Positions 1 through 9,075 of a stretch of DNA of 11,999 bases are shown piece by piece; within the stretch, counting starts at the first letter, position 1, and every line of letters starts with the position of its first letter. A model generated the notes under the pieces. The model was not told the origin of the DNA. It did no database searches and was given only the letters and a program-made list of their open reading frames with translations. Both the position numbers and the translations under genes were made by a program. This stretch comes from Fibrobacterota bacterium. Lineage in GTDB: Bacteria; Fibrobacterota; Fibrobacteria; UBA11236. The stretch spans positions 1 to 11,999 of the forward strand of contig JAYUVP010000263.1 in assembly GCA_043753995.1 (NCBI GenBank). Direction: 5' to 3'.

Positions 1-1138
<1,138 letters not shown>

Positions 1139-1142
<4 letters not shown>

Positions 1143-2143
1143 ACGCCACCCAACCAACATCGCCGGCACGTCGCCGCAGCATAAGCACCGCGCAAGAATT
1201 GCGCGGTGTCATACCCGCTCTATTCACTCCGTTGAAAAACGACGATCCCAAGCGCCTGCGCAACAGCATCGACTACAATAAGGCCAAAAGCCTGATTGAC
1301 GATTTGATTGCCGCGGGCATTGACGGCCTGGTGCCGGTGGGCACCACGGGGCAAAGCCCCACCGTGAGCCATCAGCAGCATCTCGACTTCATACGCTTCA
1401 CCCTCGACTATGTCGATGGACGCGTTCCTGTCATCGCCGGCGCAGGCAGCAATTGCACCCGCGAAAGTGTTGAAATCATTCAGAACATTCAGTCGGGCAT
1501 GGGTCAAATGGCCGTGCTTTGCGTCACAGGTTATTACAACAATCCCCCGCAAGAAGGATTGGCCGCGCATTTCTTGACCTTGTCGCGCGAAACCGGCGCC
1601 AAAATCGTGATTTACAATGTGCCTGGTCGCACCAGCAGCTATATCGAAGCCGAGACGCTTTTGCAATTGGCCGAAGACCCCAATATCATCGGCCTCAAGC
1701 AAGCTGTGAATTTCCGCGATGCGGGCAAGCATCGCGAAGACACGGCACGGGTCGCCAAAGAAGCCGCGCGCCATGGATTTTCCGTGGTTTCCGGCGAAGA
1801 CGATGGGGTCTTGGCCATGCTCGAACTCGGCGGTACGGGCGTCATCACCGCCTCGGGCAATATTCCCGAAGTCGCCGTGATTTTCAAGCAATTGATTGCT
1901 GCCCATGCGGCGGGAGACAAGGCCAAGAGCCAAGCCCTGCAAGCCCAGGCCGATGCCTTTGTGAAGCTGCTCTTCGCGCGCAAGAATCCCATTCCTTTGG
2001 CGGCTTTCCTGAATTCGCCCTTGTATTTGCCCTTAGTGCAAGTCAATGAGACCAAGGGTGGCAGCGAACTCATGCAGCAAATCAAGGAATGCATACGCAC
2101 GCAAGCGCCAAGCTTGAAGAAGTATCATCCCGACATGGCTTAA
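1139..2143 (+). CDS. dapA: 4-hydroxy-tetrahydrodipicolinate synthase (DHDPS), divergent
   Basis: Motifs [34 protein letters not shown], Schiff-base Lys in [13 protein letters not shown] and NPIP. The start overlaps the accC stop (ATGA at 1139-1142), with a purine-rich SD-like run upstream. Confidence 0.85.
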
Positions 2144-2160
2144 TTTTTTTTGGACCTTCG

Positions 2161-2203
2161 GCGGCGACATTCGCCGCAGGCCTGAATTTGCCGTCAGCAG
2201 GCC
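2161..2203 (+). other. Two tandem GC-rich inverted repeats in the dapA-apt spacer
   Basis: GCGGCGA-CAT-TCGCCGC (2161-2177), then GGCCTG...CAGGCC (2179-2203). No U-tract follows them. Confidence 0.4.
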
Positions 2204-2225
2204 AACTTGAGGCCGGGAGCTAAGT

Positions 2226-2759
2226 ATGGATAGCCGCATTGAATCGCTTCGGGCCAAGATTCGCGCCATTCCCGACTTCCCCAAGCCGGGCATCCTTTTC
2301 CGTGACGTGACCACGCTTTGGAATGATCCGGAGGGCTTTAAGCTCAGCACGGATCTTTTCGCTGAAGCTTTCGCCACGGCTTCTTTCGACACCGTCATTG
2401 GTATTGAAAGCCGAGGCTTCATTCTGGGTGCGGCCCTGGCCGATCGCTTGGGCAAGGGCTTTGTGCCCATACGCAAGCAGGGAAAATTGCCTCACTTGGT
2501 GGAGCGTTACGAATATCAACTTGAGTATGGCAGCGACTGCGTCGAAATTCACAAAGACGCCTTGGTCAAGGGTCACCGTGTCCTGGTCATGGACGATTTA
2601 CTCGCCACCGGTGGCACCATGCAGGCCGCCTTGGAATTGCTTAGGCGGGTGGGCGGCCAGGTCGTGGGCTGCGCCTTTTTAGTCGAGCTTGAGGCTTTGG
2701 GTGGCCGGGCCCTGATTGAAAAAACCGACCAGCGCGTCTTTTCCCTGGTCAAGTTTTAA
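2226..2759 (+). CDS. apt: Adenine phosphoribosyltransferase
   Basis: IPDFPKPGILFRDVT, GIESRGF, IRKQGKLP, YQLEYG and the PRPP-binding loop VMDDLLATGGT. 177 aa. SD GGGAG lies upstream. Confidence 0.97.
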   Translation: MDSRIESLRAKIRAIPDFPKPGILFRDVTTLWNDPEGFKLSTDLFAEAFATASFDTVIGIESRGFILGAALADRLGKGFVPIRKQGKLPHLVERYEYQLEYGSDCVEIHKDALVKGHRVLVMDDLLATGGTMQAALELLRRVGGQVVGCAFLVELEALGGRALIEKTDQRVFSLVKF

Positions 2760-2803
2760 CGATTCTCCTCACGTCGTCGAGTCGCTAGTCGCCCGACCTT
2801 TCC

Positions 2804-2826
2804 GCCCGTGACGGGCTTCACATTTC
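2804..2826 (+). terminator. Possible weak intrinsic terminator or palindrome after apt
   Basis: GCCCG-TGA-CGGGC hairpin (2804-2816) followed by an imperfect T-tract, TTCACATTT. Confidence 0.3.
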
Positions 2827-2856
2827 CAAAATCAGGCGCCGTTTAGTTTAGGTGCC

Positions 2857-3708
2857 ATGATGCACCACAGCCTTATTTCCTTGCTTTTCTGCACGGGTCT
2901 CGCTCTGGCTCGCGGCGGGCATTGGGATCTTTCGGAAGTCCTGGCCGATCCCGTTTTCGCAGCGGATGCCGACGCCGAATATTTGGAGTTCACCGCCGCC
3001 GGGGAAACCGCGGTATTGGCGGACACTCTGCGCGGGCGGGTGAATGGCAAATCCCTGCGATGGTTTATGCCGTCCGACACCCTGGGCGCGACTCGCCTGA
3101 TTTGCCGCGACACGGTGGCCGCGCTTGCCGCCGGCCTGCCTTGCCATCTTCAGGCTTCCGGTTTCAGCTTGGCCAATGCCCAAACCTTGCTCATCGAAAT
3201 ATTCGGCGACCGTGACACTCTCACCTATGTCGTTCCTGCCGGTCGTCCGGGGGAGTCGCAGGAAAATGAAAATGTGGGCTCGTCCTTTAGCCCGCGCTTT
3301 CGATCCTCATTGACGCCTTATCGCGGTGGCTTCGCCTCACCGGGTAAAAGGGGAAATCAAACGGCTTTATCGTCGCTCCCCGGAACGGAGTCCGTCCGTG
3401 TAGAGACCGAATGGAATCCCGAGACCCTAACCGAACCCCGTCTATCGACTTCGCATTGGATTCTCGGGCAGGGAAGGACTTGCACCATCGCCTGGCCACA
3501 AGCCTTTGCGGGCGGTTTGATCAGGCTTTTATCGCGCTCGGGAAAAGAGATGTGGTCACAAAACTTGCCGAGTCAGGCAGGCCAGTGGGTTTGGAAAGAG
3601 GAGGACTTGATTGCCTGGGCATTACCTGCCGGGCCTTATTTACTGCAGGTGAAAAACCGCTCGCGTTTTTGGATGAAGGCGGTGGTGGTGACGGGAGAAA
3701 GAGGATGA
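2857..3708 (+). CDS. Secreted protein with an N-terminal lamin-tail-like domain and a C-terminal FlgD-Ig/T9SS-CTD-like domain
   Basis: Hydrophobic signal peptide (LISLLFCTGLALA). LSEVLADP...AEYLEF and ASPG..GN resemble the bacterial lamin-tail pattern (I-x-E-[IV]-x-x-[ND]P...E[FYW][IV]E...[ST]PG). The C-terminus (IRLLSRSGKEM...GQWVW...LPAGPYLLQV...KAVVV) resembles FlgD-Ig/CTD. Confidence 0.6.
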   Translation: MMHHSLISLLFCTGLALARGGHWDLSEVLADPVFAADADAEYLEFTAAGETAVLADTLRGRVNGKSLRWFMPSDTLGATRLICRDTVAALAAGLPCHLQASGFSLANAQTLLIEIFGDRDTLTYVVPAGRPGESQENENVGSSFSPRFRSSLTPYRGGFASPGKRGNQTALSSLPGTESVRVETEWNPETLTEPRLSTSHWILGQGRTCTIAWPQAFAGGLIRLLSRSGKEMWSQNLPSQAGQWVWKEEDLIAWALPAGPYLLQVKNRSRFWMKAVVVTGERG

Positions 3709-4568
3709 AACGTGATTTGCTTGAACCATCGATCCCGGGATCAAAGTCGGGAATAAAGTATTGGTTTTACATGGTTTTAGGCCTGGCATCGACTTCTGCT
3801 TTCGCTGGGTCAGCCGAGCTTTGGTCAAGTCCACAAGGGCTCGGCATCACTCATCCCTTTGCCGAGGTGGGGGAGGGAAATGCGGCAATCAGCTCCAACC
3901 CGGTGCAATGGCAAGCCCGGCGAATGTGGACCTTGGGTTTTGCCGCCGAGCAGCCCTATGGCTTAGCGGATGTTTGGACGCTCCTGGGACATGTGTCTTG
4001 GAATCCCTCCTTGGGGCAAATCGGTTTGGCCTGGCGCCATGAAACCTGGCTAGGCCTTTGGGAGCAAGAGGCCTATCGCTTGGCGCTCTCCGGGCAGGGT
4101 CGGGGTTTTGCCGCCGGCTTGGCCTGGGAGCCGTCGCAGCGCCGTTGGGAAGGGCATGAGGAATGGCGTGGAGGGAATTTCACCATCGGTTTGGCTTGGC
4201 GAGGCGGCCCTTTTCAGGCGGGATTTAGGACCTCAGCGGATATTGAAGACTTGGGTGCTCCTTTATCGCCAACCGCGGCCTTGGCTTATTCTTGGATATC
4301 GAAGCGACATGCCGATTGGGGGCTTTGGCAAATCGCCTTTAGCCTCCCTGTGCAGTCCTGGGAGCCGGACCAATCGTATTGGGCGGCCCGCTATACCTGG
4401 GGGCCGGGCTTGCGTTTGGACTTGGCTTGGCAGGGGGAAACCCAAGCCATTTCCCTAGGGCTGGCCTTACCCTGGGGAGCTTGGCTTTGGCGGCCAGGCT
4501 GGCGCCAGCAGGGAACTTTGGGGCGTACTTTAAGTTCGGCGTTGCTTTGGCATTCGCCTTTAGACTGA
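3705..4568 (+). CDS. Putative outer-membrane beta-barrel protein (PorV/FadL-like or PorP-like), Trp-rich
   Basis: The start is re-assigned from 3411 to ATG 3705, which overlaps the upstream stop (ATGA) and follows the SD-like GGAGAAAGAGG. Signal-peptide-like segment ending AFA. An NP motif (AISSNP) is followed by EQPYGLAD and many alternating amphipathic strands (IGLAWR, AGLAWE, LRLDLAWQ, ISLGLAL). Confidence 0.55.
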   Translation: MKRDLLEPSIPGSKSGIKYWFYMVLGLASTSAFAGSAELWSSPQGLGITHPFAEVGEGNAAISSNPVQWQARRMWTLGFAAEQPYGLADVWTLLGHVSWNPSLGQIGLAWRHETWLGLWEQEAYRLALSGQGRGFAAGLAWEPSQRRWEGHEEWRGGNFTIGLAWRGGPFQAGFRTSADIEDLGAPLSPTAALAYSWISKRHADWGLWQIAFSLPVQSWEPDQSYWAARYTWGPGLRLDLAWQGETQAISLGLALPWGAWLWRPGWRQQGTLGRTLSSALLWHSPLD

Positions 4569-4615
4569 ATCGGACCTCTAAAACAGTCTTTTCTCTTCAA
4601 CTTATCGAACTTTGC

Positions 4616-4645
4616 TTGACCCTTTTCTGAATCCTGGGGGACAAT
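4616..4645 (+). promoter_or_regulatory. Candidate sigma70-type promoter for the HD-GYP gene
   Basis: TTGACC (4616-4621), 18 nt spacer, GACAAT (4640-4645), in an AT-richer 85-nt spacer. Confidence 0.3.
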
Positions 4646-4653
4646 GAAAAGGC

Positions 4654-5844
4654 ATGATTCGTTTGGCTTTACATGAAGTGCGTTCGGGCATGGTTCTGGC
4701 GCGGTCCCTGGTGAGCGATAGCGGTGATTTACTGCTCGCGGCGGGATTTTTGATCAATGAACGCATTCTCGCCAAGATGAAATCGATGGAGTTGTCGGGT
4801 TGCTGGGTCTATGAAGAGGGCACCGAATTGGTGGTGCCTGAAGAAGTCATCACCGAGCATTTCGCCAATCAGGTGCAAGGCGTTTTGAAGGAAAACGCCG
4901 AATTGCTCAAGGCGGTCATGGCTTTAAAAGACGTGTCTCTGTCTGACATGCAAAAAATGTTGTCTGAACCGCAGAGGTTCCGCAATATTATCGTGCTGGA
5001 GCGTGTGAAAAACACCGTGAAGAGCATACTTGAAGCCTTATTGCAAAAAGAGCCCGTGACTATCAATCTCAATTCGATTCGACATAAGAATGGCTGGCTG
5101 CATCAGCATGCCCTCGATGTCACCATCACTTCGATTTTGCTGGCTCAAAACCTGCGCTATCCCGTGAAGGAAATCGAAGAGTTGGCTCTAGGTTGCCTGC
5201 TTATGGACATTGGCATGGTGATTTTGTCCGACAATCTTTTTAAAAAGTCCGGGCCGCTGAATGAGGAAGAATTAGCCCTGCTGCGCGAACACCCGACTTT
5301 CGGCTATGCCATTCTTCGCGAAAATGAGCAAGTGCCCCTGACCGTGGCCCATGTCGCCTACCAACATCATGAGAGGCAAGACGGAAATGGCTATCCCCGG
5401 CGTTTACGCGGAACCAATTCTTTGCCCGTCAAAACTTTATCGGCCGATAGAGGCATGATACATCGCTATGCCGAAATTGCCTCGGTGGCCGACACCTATA
5501 TCTCCCTCATCGCCCCGCGCCCGGGTACCGTGCCTCCCCGTACCCCGGAAGAGGCCATGAAAATTTTGATTCTGGGAGCCGGTAATCATTTGAATCGCGC
5601 CATTGTCGACAATCTCATTACCATGATTCCCATTTACCCGGTGGGCTCCAAGGTCGTGGTGATACAAGACAAGAAATACTCGCTGTATCAAGGCTTTATG
5701 GGAGTGGTGGCCAAATATCGGCCCGAGAATCCGGAAAATCCCGTCATCGTGGTATTGGCGAATCGTGAAAAGAAAAAGATCAAGCCGTTTACCCTGGATA
5801 TGGCCGACGAAAAAGGGGTGAAAATTCAATATGCCAAGCTCTAA
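4654..5844 (+). CDS. HD-GYP domain protein (cyclic dinucleotide phosphodiesterase family) with HD replaced by MD
   Basis: N-terminal GMVLAR...GDLLLAAG segment, HQHALDV, LLMDIGM, REHPTFGY, HHERQDGNGYP, VADTY and IYPVGSKV. Confidence 0.9.
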   Translation: MIRLALHEVRSGMVLARSLVSDSGDLLLAAGFLINERILAKMKSMELSGCWVYEEGTELVVPEEVITEHFANQVQGVLKENAELLKAVMALKDVSLSDMQKMLSEPQRFRNIIVLERVKNTVKSILEALLQKEPVTINLNSIRHKNGWLHQHALDVTITSILLAQNLRYPVKEIEELALGCLLMDIGMVILSDNLFKKSGPLNEEELALLREHPTFGYAILRENEQVPLTVAHVAYQHHERQDGNGYPRRLRGTNSLPVKTLSADRGMIHRYAEIASVADTYISLIAPRPGTVPPRTPEEAMKILILGAGNHLNRAIVDNLITMIPIYPVGSKVVVIQDKKYSLYQGFMGVVAKYRPENPENPVIVVLANREKKKIKPFTLDMADEKGVKIQYAKL

Positions 5845-5882
5845 GTGGGGCAATTAGTAAAGGCATGGGGTTTCCTATACTT

Positions 5883-5902
5883 AGCCCGACTCTGGGTTTT
5901 TT
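5883..5902 (+). terminator. Candidate intrinsic terminator downstream of the HD-GYP gene
   Basis: Short stem (A)GCCC-GACTCT-GGGT(T) running into T6 (5897-5902). Confidence 0.4.
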
Positions 5903-5923
5903 CATTGGCGAAACGGTGACATC

Positions 5924-6829
5924 GTGCTGAAGCAGGCCATTGCATCCTTTCTTGCCGCTCTCCGCGAGGAGAGAAATGCTTCGCCGCATACCCTGTCGGC
6001 TTATGACCGCGACTTGTCCGCTTGGCTCGCCTTTGCAGGCGGGGCTTATCCCGGCTTGAGCGAAGAGGCCATACCGCTAGAGGCCATGAATCGACGCCAC
6101 TTGCAGGCTTTTTTGTTGGAGCAAGGCAAAACCCTGGCCCCAGCCAGTCAAGCCCGTCGCTTGGCCTGCCTGAAAAGCTTTGGTCGGCATTTGGCTGAGC
6201 GTGGTGTCTTGCCGAATAATCCCGCCGCGACGCTGGCCTTTCCCCGTCTCGAAAAAAACTTGATGGATGTGGCGGGCGAAAGCTTTTTACGGGAAGCCCT
6301 GGCGACCGTAAGCGAAAGCGAAGGCTGGGTGGCCCTGCGCACGCGCTTGGCCTTGGAATTGTTTTATGGATCGGGCCTGCGGCTCTCAGAATTGCAAGGC
6401 TTGAAGTGGAGCGATTTGGCCTCCAATCACAATCAGGTGCGCGTATTGGGAAAGGGCAATCGCGTGCGCACCGTGCCCGTCACCGAAGCGGCGCGGCATT
6501 GCTTGCAAGACTATGCTCATGCCCTCGCTGAAACGGGAAATGCCTCGCAGCAAGGCCCGATTTTCGTGGCCGAAAACGGACATCCCGTGGGTGTGCGCAT
6601 TTTGCAAAAGCAAGTCACCGCCGCGCTCAAGACTCAGGGGCGCGAAGGCAAAAGCTCGCCGCATGTCTTGCGCCATAGCTTTGCTACCCATTTGCTCGAA
6701 AGAGGGGCTGACCTCATGGCCGTGAAGGACATGCTGGGCCATGCTTCGCTTTCGACTACCCAGAAATACACTCACCTGACCGTGCATAAGCTCAAGCAAA
6801 CCTATGCCCTGGCTCATCCCCGGGCCTAA
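5924..6829 (+). CDS. xerC: Tyrosine recombinase XerC (XerC/XerD family)
   Basis: GTG start. N-terminal SAM-like domain (ERNASPHTLSAYDRDL). Complete catalytic set: R (GLRLSEL), K (GKGNRVR), HxxR (PHVLRHSFATHLL), LGH and Y (TTQKYTH). The C-terminal AHPRA is typical of XerC. 301 aa. Confidence 0.85.
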   Translation: MLKQAIASFLAALREERNASPHTLSAYDRDLSAWLAFAGGAYPGLSEEAIPLEAMNRRHLQAFLLEQGKTLAPASQARRLACLKSFGRHLAERGVLPNNPAATLAFPRLEKNLMDVAGESFLREALATVSESEGWVALRTRLALELFYGSGLRLSELQGLKWSDLASNHNQVRVLGKGNRVRTVPVTEAARHCLQDYAHALAETGNASQQGPIFVAENGHPVGVRILQKQVTAALKTQGREGKSSPHVLRHSFATHLLERGADLMAVKDMLGHASLSTTQKYTHLTVHKLKQTYALAHPRA

Positions 6830-6834
6830 TACGC

Positions 6835-9063
6835 ATGAAAGACAAGGCCACTCGCATGGATGCGGAAATCGAAAAGCTCAGGCGCGAAAACGAAATCTTA
6901 AAATGGGAATTAAAGGCCTTGCATTCCGGCCTTTTGGAGCGGCATCCCGCCGTGGTTTTCGTGAAAGACAAGGAAAGCCGTTTCATGTGGGGCAATCAAG
7001 CCTTGCTGCGCACTCTGGGCAAAGAGGACTTGCGTGAGATTCGTGGCACAAGTGACTTTGATTATTTCCCTCGCGAACATGCCCAGGCCGCCCGCAAAGA
7101 TGAATTGTGGGTCATGGAAACCGGCAAGGCAATCGTGGAAAAGCTGGAGGAAGATCAGCGTCCCGATGGAACCCCCCGCTGGGTTTCCACTTCCCGCGCG
7201 CCCTTACGCAATGAAAATGGCGACATCATCGGCGTCTATGGCTGGGTGCAAGACGTCACCTCGCTGCGCTCGGCCGAAGCCAAGCTGGCGCAGGAAAGCA
7301 TTCTCCTCAAGGCCTTGTTGGAGAATATTCCTGACGCAGTGTATTTCAAGGACAGGCAAAGTCGCTTTCTGCGCGTGAGCCGCGGCATTCATCTCGAAGG
7401 CATAGACAAGCTCGAAGAGGCTATCGGAAAAACCGACGCCGATTTCTTTACCGAAGAGCATTCCCGTCAGGCTTTCGAAGACGAACAAGAAATCATGCGC
7501 AGCGGCGTGCCTATCGTCGATAAAATCGAAAAGGAGACTTATTCCAATAAGGCCGCGACCATGGTCTCGACCACCAAGGTTCCTTTTCGCGACGGTGAGG
7601 GCCAAATCATCGGCTTGGTGGGCATATCCCGCGATGTCACGGAGCGCTTCAAGGCTGAAGAAGCCGTGCGCAAGGCTCGAGATGAACTCGAAGTGCGAGT
7701 GCAAGAGCGCACGGCAGCCTTGGTACAAGAAATCAAGCAGCATCTCAAAACCGAAAAGGCTTTGCGCGAAAATGAAATTCGCTTGCAAGAATCGAATCGT
7801 CGTCTGGAGACCCAGATTCGCCAATTGCATTTCCTCAATACCACGGCGCAAAAGCTCGCACTCTGCGTGCATCGCCGCGAATTAATTCCGGCCATCGCCG
7901 AAGCCTTTATCAAATTGCATCCCGGCGTCGAGGTGGCTATTTGCGAATGGCAAGGAAGCGGTTGGTCACTCGCGGAACAATCCCCCGGTCTTTTGCTTTC
8001 GGGCCATCCCGAAGCGCTGGAAAACACCTTGGCGCCCTTGGCTAAAAAACATCCCCTGGTCATGCGCATTTTCCCCATGCGGGAAGGCGAAGCGCGGTTG
8101 CTGGCCTTGCAGCCTTTTAACAAGCTGCCATTAGAAGTCTATGCTGAGATTCCATTACGCATCGAGGAAAAAACCCAAGCCATCGTGCAGATTTTTGGCG
8201 GCGCCGATTTTCTCGCTTGGATACGCGAAGAGCAAGTGGTGGTCGAAACTCTGGCGGCCCAAGCCGCCGTCAGCTTGGCCAATGCCAATAATTTGCGCAG
8301 CCTGGAGGCCAAAGCCCGCGTCGAAGGCGAATTGCAAGTGGCCCAGCGAATACAACAGCGATTCACGCCTTCGCTGCGCCCGCAAATCCCGCATGTAAAT
8401 CTCAAAGGCGTTTATTTTCCCGCTTATGAAGTCGGCGGTGACTATCTCGATTATTTCCGCACCAAGGCGGGCCATTGGGTGGTGGTCATCGCCGATGTAA
8501 GCGGCAAAGGCATACCTGCTGCCTTGGTCATGACCATGCTGCGCAGTACCTTTCGCGCGGAAGCGCGCTATGAAACATCTTCCAAGCGCCTGCTTTGCGC
8601 TGTCAATGATCTCATGGCGGCCGATCTCGACGACAAGACCTTTGTCACCGCGCTTTGCCTCATCATCAATGCCGACGGCACGCAAATGAGCTATGCCCGC
8701 GCCGGGCATCCGCCCCTGGTCTTGCGCCACGGCAGTATCGGCGAAGTCGCCGCTACCGTGCAACCCAAGGGCCTCGCCCTGGGCCTGCTCGAAGGCGACA
8801 CTTTTTCCCGGCTCATCGACGAAGTCACCTTGCCTCTTGCTCTCGGTGACAGCATTCTCATTTTCACCGACGGCCTAGTCGAAGCCATGAATGTGGATCG
8901 CAAGCCGTATGGCATGCAGAGGCTTATGACCGTGCTCAATCACGGTGCCAATGGTTCTCCTGACACTTTGGTCGAACGCATTCTCGAAGACGTGAAAGCC
9001 TATATCGGCAATCAGCCATCGCATGATGACTTGACCATGCTGGCCATGGAAGTGGTGGTGTGA
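6835..9063 (+). CDS. PAS-PAS-coiled coil-GAF-SpoIIE (PP2C, RsbU-like) serine phosphatase
   Basis: Two PAS/PAC domains (VFVKDKESRF...QDVT; VYFKDRQSRF...SRDVT), a signalling helix (ELEVRVQERT) and a GAF-like region ending LAAQAAVSLANA. The PP2C motifs VGGDYLD, IADVSGKG, AGHPP, FTDGLVEA and DDLT are intact. No transmembrane segment is apparent. Confidence 0.93.
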   Translation: MKDKATRMDAEIEKLRRENEILKWELKALHSGLLERHPAVVFVKDKESRFMWGNQALLRTLGKEDLREIRGTSDFDYFPREHAQAARKDELWVMETGKAIVEKLEEDQRPDGTPRWVSTSRAPLRNENGDIIGVYGWVQDVTSLRSAEAKLAQESILLKALLENIPDAVYFKDRQSRFLRVSRGIHLEGIDKLEEAIGKTDADFFTEEHSRQAFEDEQEIMRSGVPIVDKIEKETYSNKAATMVSTTKVPFRDGEGQIIGLVGISRDVTERFKAEEAVRKARDELEVRVQERTAALVQEIKQHLKTEKALRENEIRLQESNRRLETQIRQLHFLNTTAQKLALCVHRRELIPAIAEAFIKLHPGVEVAICEWQGSGWSLAEQSPGLLLSGHPEALENTLAPLAKKHPLVMRIFPMREGEARLLALQPFNKLPLEVYAEIPLRIEEKTQAIVQIFGGADFLAWIREEQVVVETLAAQAAVSLANANNLRSLEAKARVEGELQVAQRIQQRFTPSLRPQIPHVNLKGVYFPAYEVGGDYLDYFRTKAGHWVVVIADVSGKGIPAALVMTMLRSTFRAEARYETSSKRLLCAVNDLMAADLDDKTFVTALCLIINADGTQMSYARAGHPPLVLRHGSIGEVAATVQPKGLALGLLEGDTFSRLIDEVTLPLALGDSILIFTDGLVEAMNVDRKPYGMQRLMTVLNHGANGSPDTLVERILEDVKAYIGNQPSHDDLTMLAMEVVV

Positions 9064-9075
9064 GGGAGTGGGGAA

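Noticed and set aside
2773..2797. Clustered GTCG tetramers after apt as a repeat array or small RNA
   Set aside because: The units are too short and irregularly spaced, with no CRISPR-like or tRNA-like structure.
3411..3704. 98-codon N-terminal extension of the barrel ORF overlapping the upstream gene
   Set aside because: ATG 3705 has an SD-like sequence and an ATGA overlap and is followed by a signal-peptide-like segment. The extension is most simply a stop-free alternate frame.
3731..3742. Perfect 12-bp palindrome GATCCCGGGATC
   Set aside because: It is a single intragenic occurrence with no supporting context, and is compatible with chance.
5924..6829. Recombinase as a phage, island or integron integrase
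   Set aside because: Size and C-terminal AHPRA match housekeeping XerC. There is no IntI-specific insertion or arm-binding domain, no adjacent tRNA or att repeats, and composition is host-like.
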